64,000 bases of DNA from contig NW_026250417.1 in NCBI RefSeq assembly GCF_024521635.1, positions 620,001 to 684,000 on the forward strand. Reading direction: 5' to 3'. Origin of the DNA: Tricharina praecox. Taxonomy: Eukaryota. Position numbers and translations under genes: made by a program. The notes beneath the pieces were generated by a model, which was given only the letters and a program-made list of their open reading frames with translations, made no database searches and was not told the origin of the DNA. Positions 27,163 through 38,960 of the stretch are shown here, one piece after another. Every line of letters begins with the position of its first letter. Positions within the stretch are counted from its first letter, which is position 1.

Positions 27163-29906
27163 CTAATTCGCGACCATGGCGGTAGTGGCCATCGCCACCC
27201 GCCGTTCCCCACGGAAATCAAGCATGGCCTTCCCTAGATCCGCGATGCCAAACGGTTTCCCCACGAACCCGTGAATCCCTTTCAACGCGGCCTTGGCGCG
27301 AGCCTCCTCGGTTGCGTCGGCCGAGACGGCAAGCACGGTGAGTTCTCCGCCATTGCTGCGTTGCTCGTCGTAGAGTTTTTGAATTCGCTCAGCAGCCTCG
27401 TATCCGTCCATCCGTGGCATCCAGAGGTCCATTAGGATCAGATCGAACGGGCGGCCTGCGGCTGCTGCACTGGAGAAGATTTCGACGGCTTCGATGCCAT
27501 CGCGGGCTTCCGAGATGTCGCTGTAGCCGAGACGCTTCAGCATGCTGCAGAGCAGTGCACGGTTGATCCGGTTGTCTTCGACGACCAGAATGCGGAGCGG
27601 AAGCTTTTTTGCCAGATCGGGATCGAAAGAGAGTTTTCGTCCTACGGATGGCGGAGCAACGACGGATCGCACAAGTGGCGAGGGAGGACGAAAGCGTGGA
27701 GTGGGGACGGCGGAGTCGGCGCGAAGAGATAGACTGGCGGCGTCGATTCCGGGAGTGGGGATGGGAATAGGCGTGCCCGGTGTGCTCCCTGATGCGTCCG
27801 CGGGGGTTATTGGGAGTCGTAACCTAAACTCGGAGCCTCGGTGGTCTCCTTCCGTTGCGGTTCGTTCCAGCCACAAATCTCCTCCCATCTTCCGGGCGAT
27901 TCCACGGGCAACGTAGAGGCCAAGGCCGAGTCCGTCACGATGACGAGTGAGAGACTCATCTTCGGTTGAAAACGGTTTGAACAAGTCCGGAATGAAGTCA
28001 CTTGGGATGCCATCGCCAGTATCCACGATAGTAAAGATGATTTGATGAAAAGAGTCGACGGCAGCGTTAAGAGTGATCCGACCCGACGGGGTGAACTTGA
28101 ACGCATTATTGAACACCGAAGATATCATTTTCGTGAGGTAGGAGCCATCGACTATCACACGCATAAGAAATTGGACACACGGCCATCAAGAGTACGACCG
28201 ACTTACTAATCATGCTTTCCGGCACATTGTCATCCACAATGACTTCAATCTCCACGTGTTTCCGTTCCTCCTCGCCACTGTGGGCTTCCGGAACTTCGAC
28301 GGTGACACGTTCGCCATGGGGGGTCCCATGGACATTCGTAAAGTCCGGCCGACCACCCGTTCTAAGAGAGTCATGCACAGCTTCATGTAATAGTTCCCTC
28401 AATTTCAACAAGCGAGAGTTCAACACCACCTTGCCTACGGCATCATGTGATAGTCCAGGCGTTGACGGGAAGCCCTGATGCTGATTGGACGTTATCTGCG
28501 GCGAGAAATAGTCCTGAGCGGCATCGGTTGAGCGGCTCCCGTACTGCGGTGTCAACAAGCCGGCTGTGGAAGTGCTGGCGAATCCCTGAGAACCGGTTTC
28601 CATGGCCATGGAGCCTAGGTTATCCTGCCGCTCGACACGAGGGACCTTATCCGGCGTGTCTCGTCCAGAATTTGCCGAACTCCTTCGTCGCTTCCCCCGC
28701 CGATACGATTCGTCATCTTGGTCTAGGTTGTTGTGAGGGAACCAGAATGGCCCGGATTGTTGCTCCTCCAAGCCCAGCAGTTCGGCCCCTGCCTGTGATG
28801 GCGTCGATGGAACCTCCATGTTGAAATCGTATGCGTGCACCATGTTGTCCGCCGCGTCTACCGCACGTTTGGAACTATCTGCACGTTTGAATCAGCATGC
28901 TGCCGCTGTCTATTTGAAGAATATCGACCGAGTAGATACCTTGGGCGACCTCAATACTCGCTCGCAGGCCCTCAATAACCTCCTTCAAGTGAGCTAGATC
29001 CGGCCATCGCCATCGGTCGGGATGTGTAGCTTCGACAACCGAAGCATACATCACATCCAGCATGCCGACAACACCTTGCATTGGTGTCCGCAATTCGTGA
29101 GATAGTCGTCTGGCGTAAGGGCGCAAAGAATGCTTCACTGCAACCCCTCCGCTGACCATATTTTGCGGAATCACACTACTCTTGGTCTCCTTGCCCCCAA
29201 GGCCTAATCCCTCCAGCACACGTGCGCCGACCTCATCCTCCAGCGCATGCAAGAACATCTCCAACATGGCCCAGCTCAGCTTCGGCCTCTCCTTTAGGCC
29301 ATCGGCGGTCCAGAGACAGCCGAAATGCGCATAACATTTACCCTCGTGAAACAGAGGTACTGCTAGGTATCCTTCGGCCGGTATTGGAAAGCCTTGTGCA
29401 TTGGGGTTGTCCGGCGTGAGAGCCGTCAATCCGTCGGGAATGAGGAGTACCCGATCGTGCCGCATCCACTGACACGGGCATCCGTACACCTGATACTTGT
29501 AATCCCGATAGAGACCACTGTTGCCCTTGTGGTCGTTGAAATAGAAAGCGAGCCCCATCAGACAAGAACCAGGCTCGCCGATCGCGGGCATCTCCACCGC
29601 CGCATCTTCATCGTCGTAGAGGACACGTTTCGCAACGAAACCATACTGCGAACCGGTGATCTCGGTTATCCCTTCCATCAACAGCTGCCAAAAATCAAAT
29701 GTGGTGACGCCGCGTAGCCGATGCTTAAGCTGCACCGTCTTTTCCAGCATCCAGCTGTCCGCCGATCCCAGCGCGTGTGACACTTCATCTCTAAACCCTG
29801 GATCCGTAGGCCGCAGGACCTCTGATTTGGATGCAATACACAGCGACTCCCGGAAAAACGGGTCGCAGCCCACTGGTATATTCGACTCAAGTTCGGTAGT
29901 CGACAT
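27163..29906 (-). CDS. Hybrid sensor histidine kinase/response regulator (~875 aa) with GAF-like N-terminal region
   Basis: Exons 29906-28940, 28878-28207 and 28151-27163. H-box LSHELRTPMQGVVGML, N-box NNAFKFT, G1 DTGDGI, F-box LFKPF, G2 GLGLGL. Receiver ILVVEDN..LILMDLWMPRMDG..KPF. The true start may lie further upstream because the frame stays open through a poly-CAA tract. Confidence 0.93.
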
Positions 29907-32480
29907 CGTGTTGATTCCCCCCCAGCGATCAGTGGCCCGAAAGGAGTCTCCTGATGGCTGGGTGTAACAGTTGGCGGATCTCTGGTGAGTTAGCCGTCTA
30001 TGGCAAGTAGTCGGAACCTGTTGTTGTTGTTGTTGTTGTTGTTGTGGTTGTGGTTGCCGTGCGGAAAGTATTGCGGCGCGGTTACGATCGACGAAGCCTA
30101 GGGGGAAGGCGACGCGCGAGACGGGACGCGGAGTGAAGTAGAGCGGTGAAAGACAGAAGGTGTGTTGTCCAGAGTGCTAAGTGCTATCCTCGTTCTCTTG
30201 GTCTTCTCGGACGGGGCGGGCGAGAGGGAGGGTGGTAGCAATAGAACTTTGTGGCGTGGTGGTTGTTGTGGGTGGGTGGTGGCGAGTGGCAGTGTTGAGA
30301 TGGAGCACAGAGGAACTTGACAGAGGAACAAAAAGTAAGTAAAGTACCTTCTACCTAGTACACCGGAGAAGAAGAGTGAGAGGAAGCAGAAGAAGTAGAG
30401 AAAGTGGATGCTGCAAATGAGGAGCACGGGATTGATTCTGGCTGCAGGTATAGTAGCATTTCGGAGAAGGGAGGGTGGAGTTGATCGAGTTCAGCCATAA
30501 GTGCTCCCGAATGACATCCAGGACTGGCCTGACGCCCCGCCGTCCGCCGACCACCGTCCCCATGTTTCCCGCCCTTCCTCCTCCGCGAAAACTCGCCCGA
30601 CACTCTCGCTCGACCCTGCAGGTACAGTACCAAGTACTAGTACAAGCATTTTGCCGCCCCAAACGTCGGTAGGGAACAAACAACGGCACGGGGCAACGAC
30701 AACCAGTCCCCACACTAATGACCGCAAATTCTGGGGGGAGGGGGGTGGGCAACAAGGGCTGGCTGAATACACACCTGGCCACACGAAGATCGGAGATGGA
30801 AGATCGGGAACCTCAGAGTTCAGCTGAATTCGGGAATCCGAGTGCAGATGGGAGAATGGCTGGTATCGCTGTAGGCATGTATTAACATGAACTTTTTTGC
30901 CGTGTCTCTTGCTTTTCCCGTTGTTGATGCTCTTGTTCTCCTGCCAATCCGCTTCTTCTTCTTCTTCTTCTTCTTCTTTTCTCCTCCTTTCCGAGATGCC
31001 GAAGTCGAGCGGCAAGCAAGTCTGGGCTGGCTGGCGATCGACGGTTCTAGGTAGTGGTCTAGACGGGCAATCTGGAGCCTGGATGCCGCAATGACGGATG
31101 TGAAGTGGGCGGGTTCTGGTGATTCTGGAAGCCGGCGCGGCCAGAGGGGCGAACGTAAAAAGCGAAAGTACTAGTAGCGAACTGGAGCACAGAGGCCGGA
31201 AGAAGACGGGCAAGACGGAAGAAAAAAAGAATAACTATCACAAAGGTGCTCTGCGAAAGAAGTCTTTTTACCGTGGTGGTACAGCCGTGGTATAGGTAGC
31301 TGACTATGGGAGGGGGGGAGTATTGGGATGCGAGTGGTAGTAGTGGAGGCCTAGGAGGTTAAAAGACACACACAGACAGCAATGACAGCGAGCAACTCCG
31401 CAGTAGCCACCACCACCCGCCGCTTGCTTACTTGTCCATGTGCGTGCGCCCGTACCTAGAAGTAGAGCAGATACACGAGTTAGATATCGGAAAAAGAAAT
31501 CGAACACCACCGGCGCTGGATCCAGAGGGCCCAGACAAGTCAAAAACGGGCTATTGACAGGGAAGGGAGGGGGGCATCGGAGAAGAATGGGCCAGGGGGG
31601 AGGGGGGTTGTCGCGGCCTGCCACGACGATAATATTCAAAAAGCACGCCCTGGCTTTTGTCCCCATAAGTCGCAATCATCGACAGGTCAGGGCCAAAAAA
31701 CTACACTTTCCTACCCCGCGGCTTGCCGACAAGCGCCAGCTGCTGCTGCTACTGGCTGAGGCTCCCCCCACCCCGCCCGCCCCTCGTCCTCGGCGCCGAG
31801 TGTTCGGGTCCGTCTCTGCCCTTCCGGTGCCCCCGATGGATCATGGCTGCAACACCGTTCCGTTCCCCCTCTCCCCTCCCCTCCCAGCCCAAACAGGTTT
31901 CTGGGGAAACCCTCTCCCTCCTACCCCCCAAGGGCCCCGATCCTTGGTTCGCATGAAGGCGGCCCGTACACTCCTTGCATCATCTCACAATGCTTCTAGC
32001 CTTGGTTTCCCGACCCAATATCCTCGACTGCGGTATCAGCCAGCCAGCCAGCCCAGCCAGCCCAGTTCAGCCAGCCATCCATCGCTTGGACAGATGTAAG
32101 GGGGCCCGGTTTCAACCCCAGATGGCAGATACCGGTACACTTATCACCACGATCTCAAGTCGGAACTGGCACTATTACTACCTAAGCAGGTACCTATACC
32201 GTTGACCAGACCTGGGGACGGGCGGAGGGTGCGGATTGCCGCACTTGACTTCATAGAGCACGGCTCAGGATCGAAGAATGCTCGGTTCCGCAGGTCCACG
32301 GAATATCACCGAGAGACGCCCCAAAAACGGAGACTGAGACTGGAGACTGGAGTCACTAGACGCCTGGAACAGTGGAACAAACAGCCGATCCTGGAACGCG
32401 AGGAAAAGCCATCCAACATTCGCGTTCCCTCGAAGAGGGCCGGGTCGGGTCACGGATGGTGTCTGAGGCGAACATCCTCC

Positions 32481-32587
32481 GCCAGGACATGTACCGGTAC
32501 ACACACACAAAACCAGCCAGGACATGTACTGGTGCACACATACAAAACCAGCCAGGACATGTACTGGTACATCCACACAAACCAGCC
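32481..32587. repeat. Minisatellite, ~35-bp unit x3
   Basis: Unit GCCAGGACATGTAC(C/T)GGT(A/G)CA..CA.ACAAAACCA repeated three times. Confidence 0.9.
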
Positions 32588-33837
32588 CGTCAAAACGGAG
32601 GCGAAGAATTCCACGCAAGCCACCGTTTTCGGTGTGGAAGCCTGTTCGAACAGCAACAGGCCAGGACAGGGCATCGAGAGCTGTGGCGCACGCAACGTAT
32701 CACGAACTCAACGGCTGGCTATTACTCTACTGCACCTGCACTGCCAACAATTATCCTCGCTCCTGCATGTGGGGGTATGTAGTACCGTACTCTAGAGTCT
32801 ACGGTCTGCCCGGGGCCAAGCCCACAACCGAGAGGGAAGGGGCGCAAAGGCACACTGTGCTTTTTGCCGGGCTCGTATTCATCGATATGGAGATATATGT
32901 GCTGCCGGCATCAGCCGGCTCGCTTTGAGACGAAGCCTCACCGTGCTCTCAAGCAAGGAGGGCGCTCGAGGCGCTTGCTGGGCCGCCGGAACCACTCCCA
33001 AGGTTCGACGCTTACATATCGTCCCATGACGGACTCACGAGTCGAAAGCGGTTCCCATCACTCGTTGGACGTATAGCGCCCTCTACCGGTGGCTCTTTGG
33101 TGGCTGTTTGATCCTCCGGTGTGTGACTGCAATGATGATTGAACCGAGAAAAGGTGGCTCTTTGATCCTCCAGTGCCTGACAGCCATGAATCGACAAGGT
33201 CGAGTGCAATGATGATCAAACCCGCCCCCAAAAGGTGCCTCTTCGATGCCTCTTCAGGCGCCTCTTCCGGTGGTCTACTCCCTGCAATTCAATCCTCAAA
33301 CTCTGTCCGAGCATAGACTACGCGTATCCCCTCATCATGGCCGGGCCTGGCACAAACACGTGCTGGATCTCGTCCGTACATACCGTATTCCGCAGATGTC
33401 CGCAGAGATTCCGCAGAGATTCCTCCTACTCTAACTCTTCCTCCAACCATCTCCTCCACCAACCTCTCCTCCGTGTCCGAGGCACTCGCTCGCAGTTGTT
33501 TCACGCGCGCACCTCTCTCTCTCTCTCTTGTTTTTTTTCTTTCTTTCTTTCTTTCTTTCCCTCAGAGGCTGGCTGCCTCCTCATGGTCTCGCCGAAATGA
33601 TGTCGTCCAGGGTTAATTCTTCTGCAGACCAGGAACAAATAAGGCAATGATGGCGGGGCCTAGAACACAGCCCAAACATCCTCGAGCATCCTCCCTGCAT
33701 GTACTTGCCGTTATTTCCGTCCACCCCCTCCCACTCCCACAGTCCCACTCCCCCAACAACACCCACCACCCATCAACCCAAAAAGCAAATGTTCCAGACC
33801 GCAAAGGAAACCCCGCCCCGCGCGCACAACATAGAGT

Positions 33838-33888
33838 AGAGTGGGTAGAGTGGGTAGAGTGGGTAGAGTGGGTAGAGTGGGTAGAGTA
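33838..33888 (+). repeat. (AGAGTGGGT)n 9-mer tandem repeat, 5 GGG tracts
   Basis: Directly visible tandem array. Confidence 0.9.
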
Positions 33889-34797
33889 GTTACTCTGAGA
33901 GCATCACACTCGCATCCATCCCACTCGCATCTATCTATCCAGTAAGTTACCACACAACCACACAACCACACAACTGCACAACTGCACAACTGCACCGAAC
34001 ACCATGATTCATCGTGTCGCACATTCCGATCATTCCCTCGACATGATGATTGATATGTCCATTGTTCACCACCACCCCCCACCCCTTCCTCCCCCCACAC
34101 CCCATGTTGGCTGGACGACGCCCAGATGGACAGGCACCATGGATGAGCTCGATCAACTGTACTATATTTTGTGCGCTCCGTATGGAAGCATGCATACCGG
34201 CACTCTACCTACATATCATACACCATACACACACTGCACCACTAACTACGGTATGTATACGGTATTATAGTTATATCTACACCTATATGATATATCTGGG
34301 CATACGTAAGTCAGTCAGTCAGTCAGTCGATTCTACCGACCGATCGCTCGTATGTATGTGTGTAGAGCATGTAGAGTAACTAGCGGGCTTTTGTCGTCGT
34401 CGTTCACGCATACATACTTTCCAATGTCGCGATGATCCCAATCATTATCCCACCCACCCGCGCACAGTGCTGAGTGCTCTGGGCCGGTGCACGCGTTTAT
34501 TAGCTCGCGGGTCGAGCTCGCGGATTGCGCGGTTTGCGACGTGCAATGTGCACGGTGGAAGAGTGACCGGCGGGCGGTAGGCGGGGGTTGGCGTGCGCTC
34601 TCTTTCTCTCTCTATCCTTCGAGATTTGACCGCTCCGACGCTGCCCCACTGCCCACTGCCCCACTGCCTAGGCCACCATGGGGCTTGGACAGAAAGTAAA
34701 GTCGACGGAATACACCGCATCGCGGAGTAACCTAATATCATAGCCATCGAACGTTACACCATGAGAGGGGGGGGGGGGGTTCGTTCGTCCGTCTGTC

Positions 34798-35690
34798 GAG
34801 AGTACCTTTTATATACCATGAAATACAGGGGGCAACCTTTTATATACCATGAATACCATGACAGGGACATAGTTTGGCCCACAGACCTCTATTATGGCGG
34901 CGACAGGCGGCGACAGGCGGCGACAGGTGGTCAGAGTCTGGTGCGAAAATAATTTGAGCGAAGGTACATATGCCCGCGGTGGGGCTTAAAAGGTACGCGA
35001 TACCCTCACCAGCCACAGCAAAAATCCTGCATCTTACGCGTCGATGCAACGAAGACAATGCAACAAGACAGAAAATGGGGTAGAAAAAGAGAGAACCCCG
35101 AGGTATCGTAGTGAAATCATTTTTCATAAGGATTTGATTGCATTTAATAACTGTCTAATGGCCAATTTGTCTCCGATCGCGTGTTGTGAACAGCGCAGAC
35201 CAGATGAGGGGAATTTGCGCTTGAGTCATAAAAGTTACTGACTCGCTATGCGCACACCTAGTGACTTGTCATTAAGTTAGATTGACTCGTCACTAAAATA
35301 AATTGACTCGTCACTGAAATACTAACCAAGATTTTACTTCTCAACCGATGGAACACATAACCCACGAAGAAATCGTTATAAAGGTTGGGAAAGCAGCACC
35401 ATAGCGAGCTTCAGTGCTTCAATAAAATAAAAGAGAAAAGCATTCTTTTTCTCTCTGTCGAACTCTCTTGGCCCAGTCGACTGCTGCAAAAAACTTGATT
35501 TTGTGCGCAGAATTAGGGTGGCGGTGCAGCGGGCATACCTTTGCTCAAATTATTTTCTCACCAGACTCTGACCCTGTCGCCGCCTGTCGCGGCCATAGAG
35601 AGGTCTGTTGGTCAAACTATGTCCCTGTCATGGTATTCATGGTATACAAAAGGTTGCCCCTGTATTTCATGGTATATCAAAGGTACTCTC
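34798..35690. mobile_element. Non-autonomous Mutator (MULE)-like element, 893 bp
   Basis: Long TIRs (~34798-34977 and 35529-35690) starting GAGAGTACCTTT and highly similar to each other. Perfect 9-bp TSD CCGTCTGTC at 34789-34797 and 35691-35699. AT-rich non-coding interior. Confidence 0.93.
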
Positions 35691-35986
35691 CCGTCTGTCA
35701 GTTCGTTCGTTCGACACACACTTGTGATGCGATGCATGTTCCACCATCACCACTACCACTACCACCACCACCTCCCGCCGATTGTTGGGGGTCACTCGCT
35801 CTTCTGAGTGGATTGTTGAAACACGGTACACCCTGAGCCCTCCATACGGATCGGAACTGAATCGGAACTTGGGAGTGCGAGCGGGAACGAGCGGGAATAG
35901 GCGGGGACGAGACGTCGGCGAGAGTCGAGACACATACGGTAGTGGTTAGAACTTGGTGGTGGTTAGTGGTGCCACAGGTCGGTACC

Positions 35987-36092
35987 CCCTCCTCCTTCTC
36001 CTCCTCCTCTTCTTCCTCTTCAGCCTCCTCCTCCTCCTCCTCCTCTTCCTCCTCCTCCTCCTCCTCTTCCTCCTCCTCCTCCTCCTCCTCCT
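35987..36092. repeat. (CCT/TCC)n polypyrimidine microsatellite
   Basis: About 100 bp of near-pure CTC/CTT triplets. Confidence 0.9.
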
Positions 36093-38960
36093 CCCTCCCC
36101 CCTTCGCTCGTGAACATTCAAATCCCGCCACTCCCGATCACCAGCGCCGCAGGCTGCAGACTGCAGCAGTCTCTACCTGCGCAAAAACTCCCCCTCCAAA
36201 CATCTGGTCACACTGTCATCGATCTTTCGGGCATACCATTCTAGACGCAGGATATATGGCACCCTCCGCCTGCGATTCCCTCCGATGGCGGCCGTAGGAA
36301 ACGCGTCCCATCGTGTCCTGCCTGCCACATCCTCCAGATCCCCACCGGATCCCCACATGCATCGGTCGACAAGTTAAACTGTTGAAGAACGATCGATGTC
36401 ATGCACCTCACGTGCCCGGGCCGCTAGTTAACCATGGCTGGCTAGCTAATCGAGGATAAAAAGCAACCCACGGTCCCAACCAAACCAAACCAAACCGCTG
36501 CGCAGGTTAACCAACAGCTGGTGCTCTCCGTCACTCTTACCTGGGGAATCCGGAAAGTCCATCATGTCATCACTCCGCATGGTGAATCGTGATGATGGAT
36601 GATGATGATGGATCAGGATCTACATGCCTACATACAGTCCACTCCTCCCCTCTTCTCCTCTCCTCTCCTCTCCGCTCTTACCTCACGAGCCGCAAATACC
36701 TGCAATCACCACCAACTGGTTACTGAGTGCATACTCCTGCCTCCCAACGAGTCGACGAGTCAACGACTGGTTATAAACCGATTGCGCCGGCGCGACGTAA
36801 CGTAGTTACTTCCCTACCCCACAATGGCGTTCTAGGCCCTGCGCGTGGCTTTGGGGGGGTTGGGCTGGGTTGGTGGGCTGGTGGGCTGGTGGGGGGCAGC
36901 ACTTCAATATGTAGAGTACATACCACCCGTGCGGTGATCTCGAGCAGCCTGCAGGCCGTTTGGGGGCGGAGCGGGGGGAAATTCGAATCTCTGGTGTCGC
37001 TGGTGGCTCTGGTGGCTCTGGTGGGAGGAAAATGAAGGCATGACCGTATGTATGAGTATGAGTATGAGTGTGTGCGAGACTCGAGTGAGATTATGTAAGC
37101 CGGTAAGTCGGTAAGTAAGCACCGTACTTGAGTATGTAAAGGTGTATCTTAATGCAGCGAGCGAGTGTGATGCAGCGAGAGTGGTGGTGACTGGTCGGTG
37201 CAGGGCATCGATATCGAGATTGATCGGCGGCAGAAGTGGGAATTGTCATCGATATTGGATTTGTCCATGCTCCCACTGCCCATGCTCCCACTGCCCACTG
37301 CCCATGCTCCTCAGCCCCACCCTCAGTTCGTAAACCTACGTAGCCTGTAGGTGGGCCGACCACAGTGCGCACCACCATGCTCCGAAATCTTATGGGTGCT
37401 CCCGAAGCGGCAATGTCCTAACCGGTTTGTATGTTGGTATGTACTGAGTACATGAGGACTTGCCCTGTGGCTTCAAAGTTCAGCCTTCAGCCCCAACCTG
37501 AGACCCAACCTCCAGGCTCTAAGCTCTACATAGGCTCCAGCCGCAGGACTGCGGCGAGTCATGTTTCGTGAACCCCTTGATGTACCTATCCTCCTGCTCC
37601 TGCTCCTCCCGCTCCTCCTCCCGATTCAACCAAAACAGTACGACACACCTGCGCCCCGAGCCTGGAACCTCGGGGCTCGAGGTCCAGACCTCGGAGGGCA
37701 TGTGACACCCGTCCACCCACTAGCCACCACCACCACCGGCGGCGGCGCGGTCTAGATCTCGCTGCCGGGCAATATTGCGGGAGATAGTCCCGATTCTGGC
37801 CGATGTGCTTTGATGTGCTTTGGCTAGGGGGATCGCGACGGGTACTATCGAGATGGGAGGTGGGAAAAGTGGGGGACCTTACATAGCCCCACCCCCCCTC
37901 CCTCGCCCGGATGCGAGTGGCGAGTGATACCGTAAGGACGGGATGGGAGTGGATGAGACGAGACGGGATGAGACGAGATGGTTAAAGTACTGAAGTGGGG
38001 TGACGAACCTTCCTACCTTCGTGAAGACTTCCCCACGGCACCGGCACACACTCTGCTCTGCGGAACGGCAGGTTAACATAGCTGCATCCGTAGCTGCGGA
38101 TAGAACTAGGGGTGTACATATGAGAGGTAAACATGTCCACGCCAAAATACCTAATCCCTCCATCCCTAGAAAAGCTGCAACGGATTTGACGCCCGCTCCC
38201 TCTCTCCCTCGGGACATACCTAGATTACTCTACATACATTAGGTACATACCGACATGCCGACTCCACCCCCGACCCCGGAGGCTCGGAAAACATGAAACA
38301 ATCGGCTCGGATCACGCCACTCACCTATATTCCTCCCGACATATACTTGGCAGCGACAAACACAATAAATCGCTCCATTCGCGGATCGTTCTGCTTCCGT
38401 GGGCGTGCACGTGTTATTCTCGTAAGTGCCGCGTGGAAGAATGGGGCTCTTCCCCTCTCCTCTCATCGGTGCTCGGTTTGGGAGGGAGGGAGGGATATGG
38501 AGGGGATGGGTCATTGCGGAGCACTCGGGTTGATTGATGGGAGCTTCGCTGGCTTCTTACGCTGGCATTATTTCTACCAGAATGTATTGAGAAGCTCCGA
38601 TTCGATGATGGATAGCCCGCTCGATCAATGGAGGCCATATATCATACAACCTCACCTAGCAATTTAGTGGTCACAAGGACAAAATCACACTACAGCACTC
38701 GCCATTCATTCAAACACAATTTACTCAAACAGTAACACACGCATACAGTACAGTACAATCAAAATGTATTAACGCCTTTCCCGTAGTAGTATCAAAAGTA
38801 CGCCCCTCGTAAGATGAAATAACGCCTCGCCAAATTAAAATCAATCGTAGGAATGAATGAATCAACGGAAGCCAGCCTGCCAGGTCAAGGTGAGAGAATA
38901 TCCCTCCGTATTCCAGATCAAGGCAAAAAAGCGCCTCCGCTGTGTAACGTCGCCTCCCTA

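Noticed and set aside
27140..27165. TAG stop of the histidine kinase (and of several other genes) as an editing candidate
   Set aside because: Readthrough adds only a few featureless residues. TAG is common in this window, so it is not evidence by itself.
32481..32587. CRISPR-like appearance of the 35-bp repeats
   Set aside because: The units are directly tandem with no unique spacers, there are no cas genes, and the DNA is eukaryotic; it is a minisatellite.
33130..33182. ATGATGA...CTGA resembling a C/D snoRNA
   Set aside because: Only ~50 nt, no rRNA-complementary guide that I recognise, and part of a local degenerate duplication.
35698..36297. Poly-Glu, poly-Ser and poly-Arg ORFs
   Set aside because: Translations of a CCT microsatellite in several frames.
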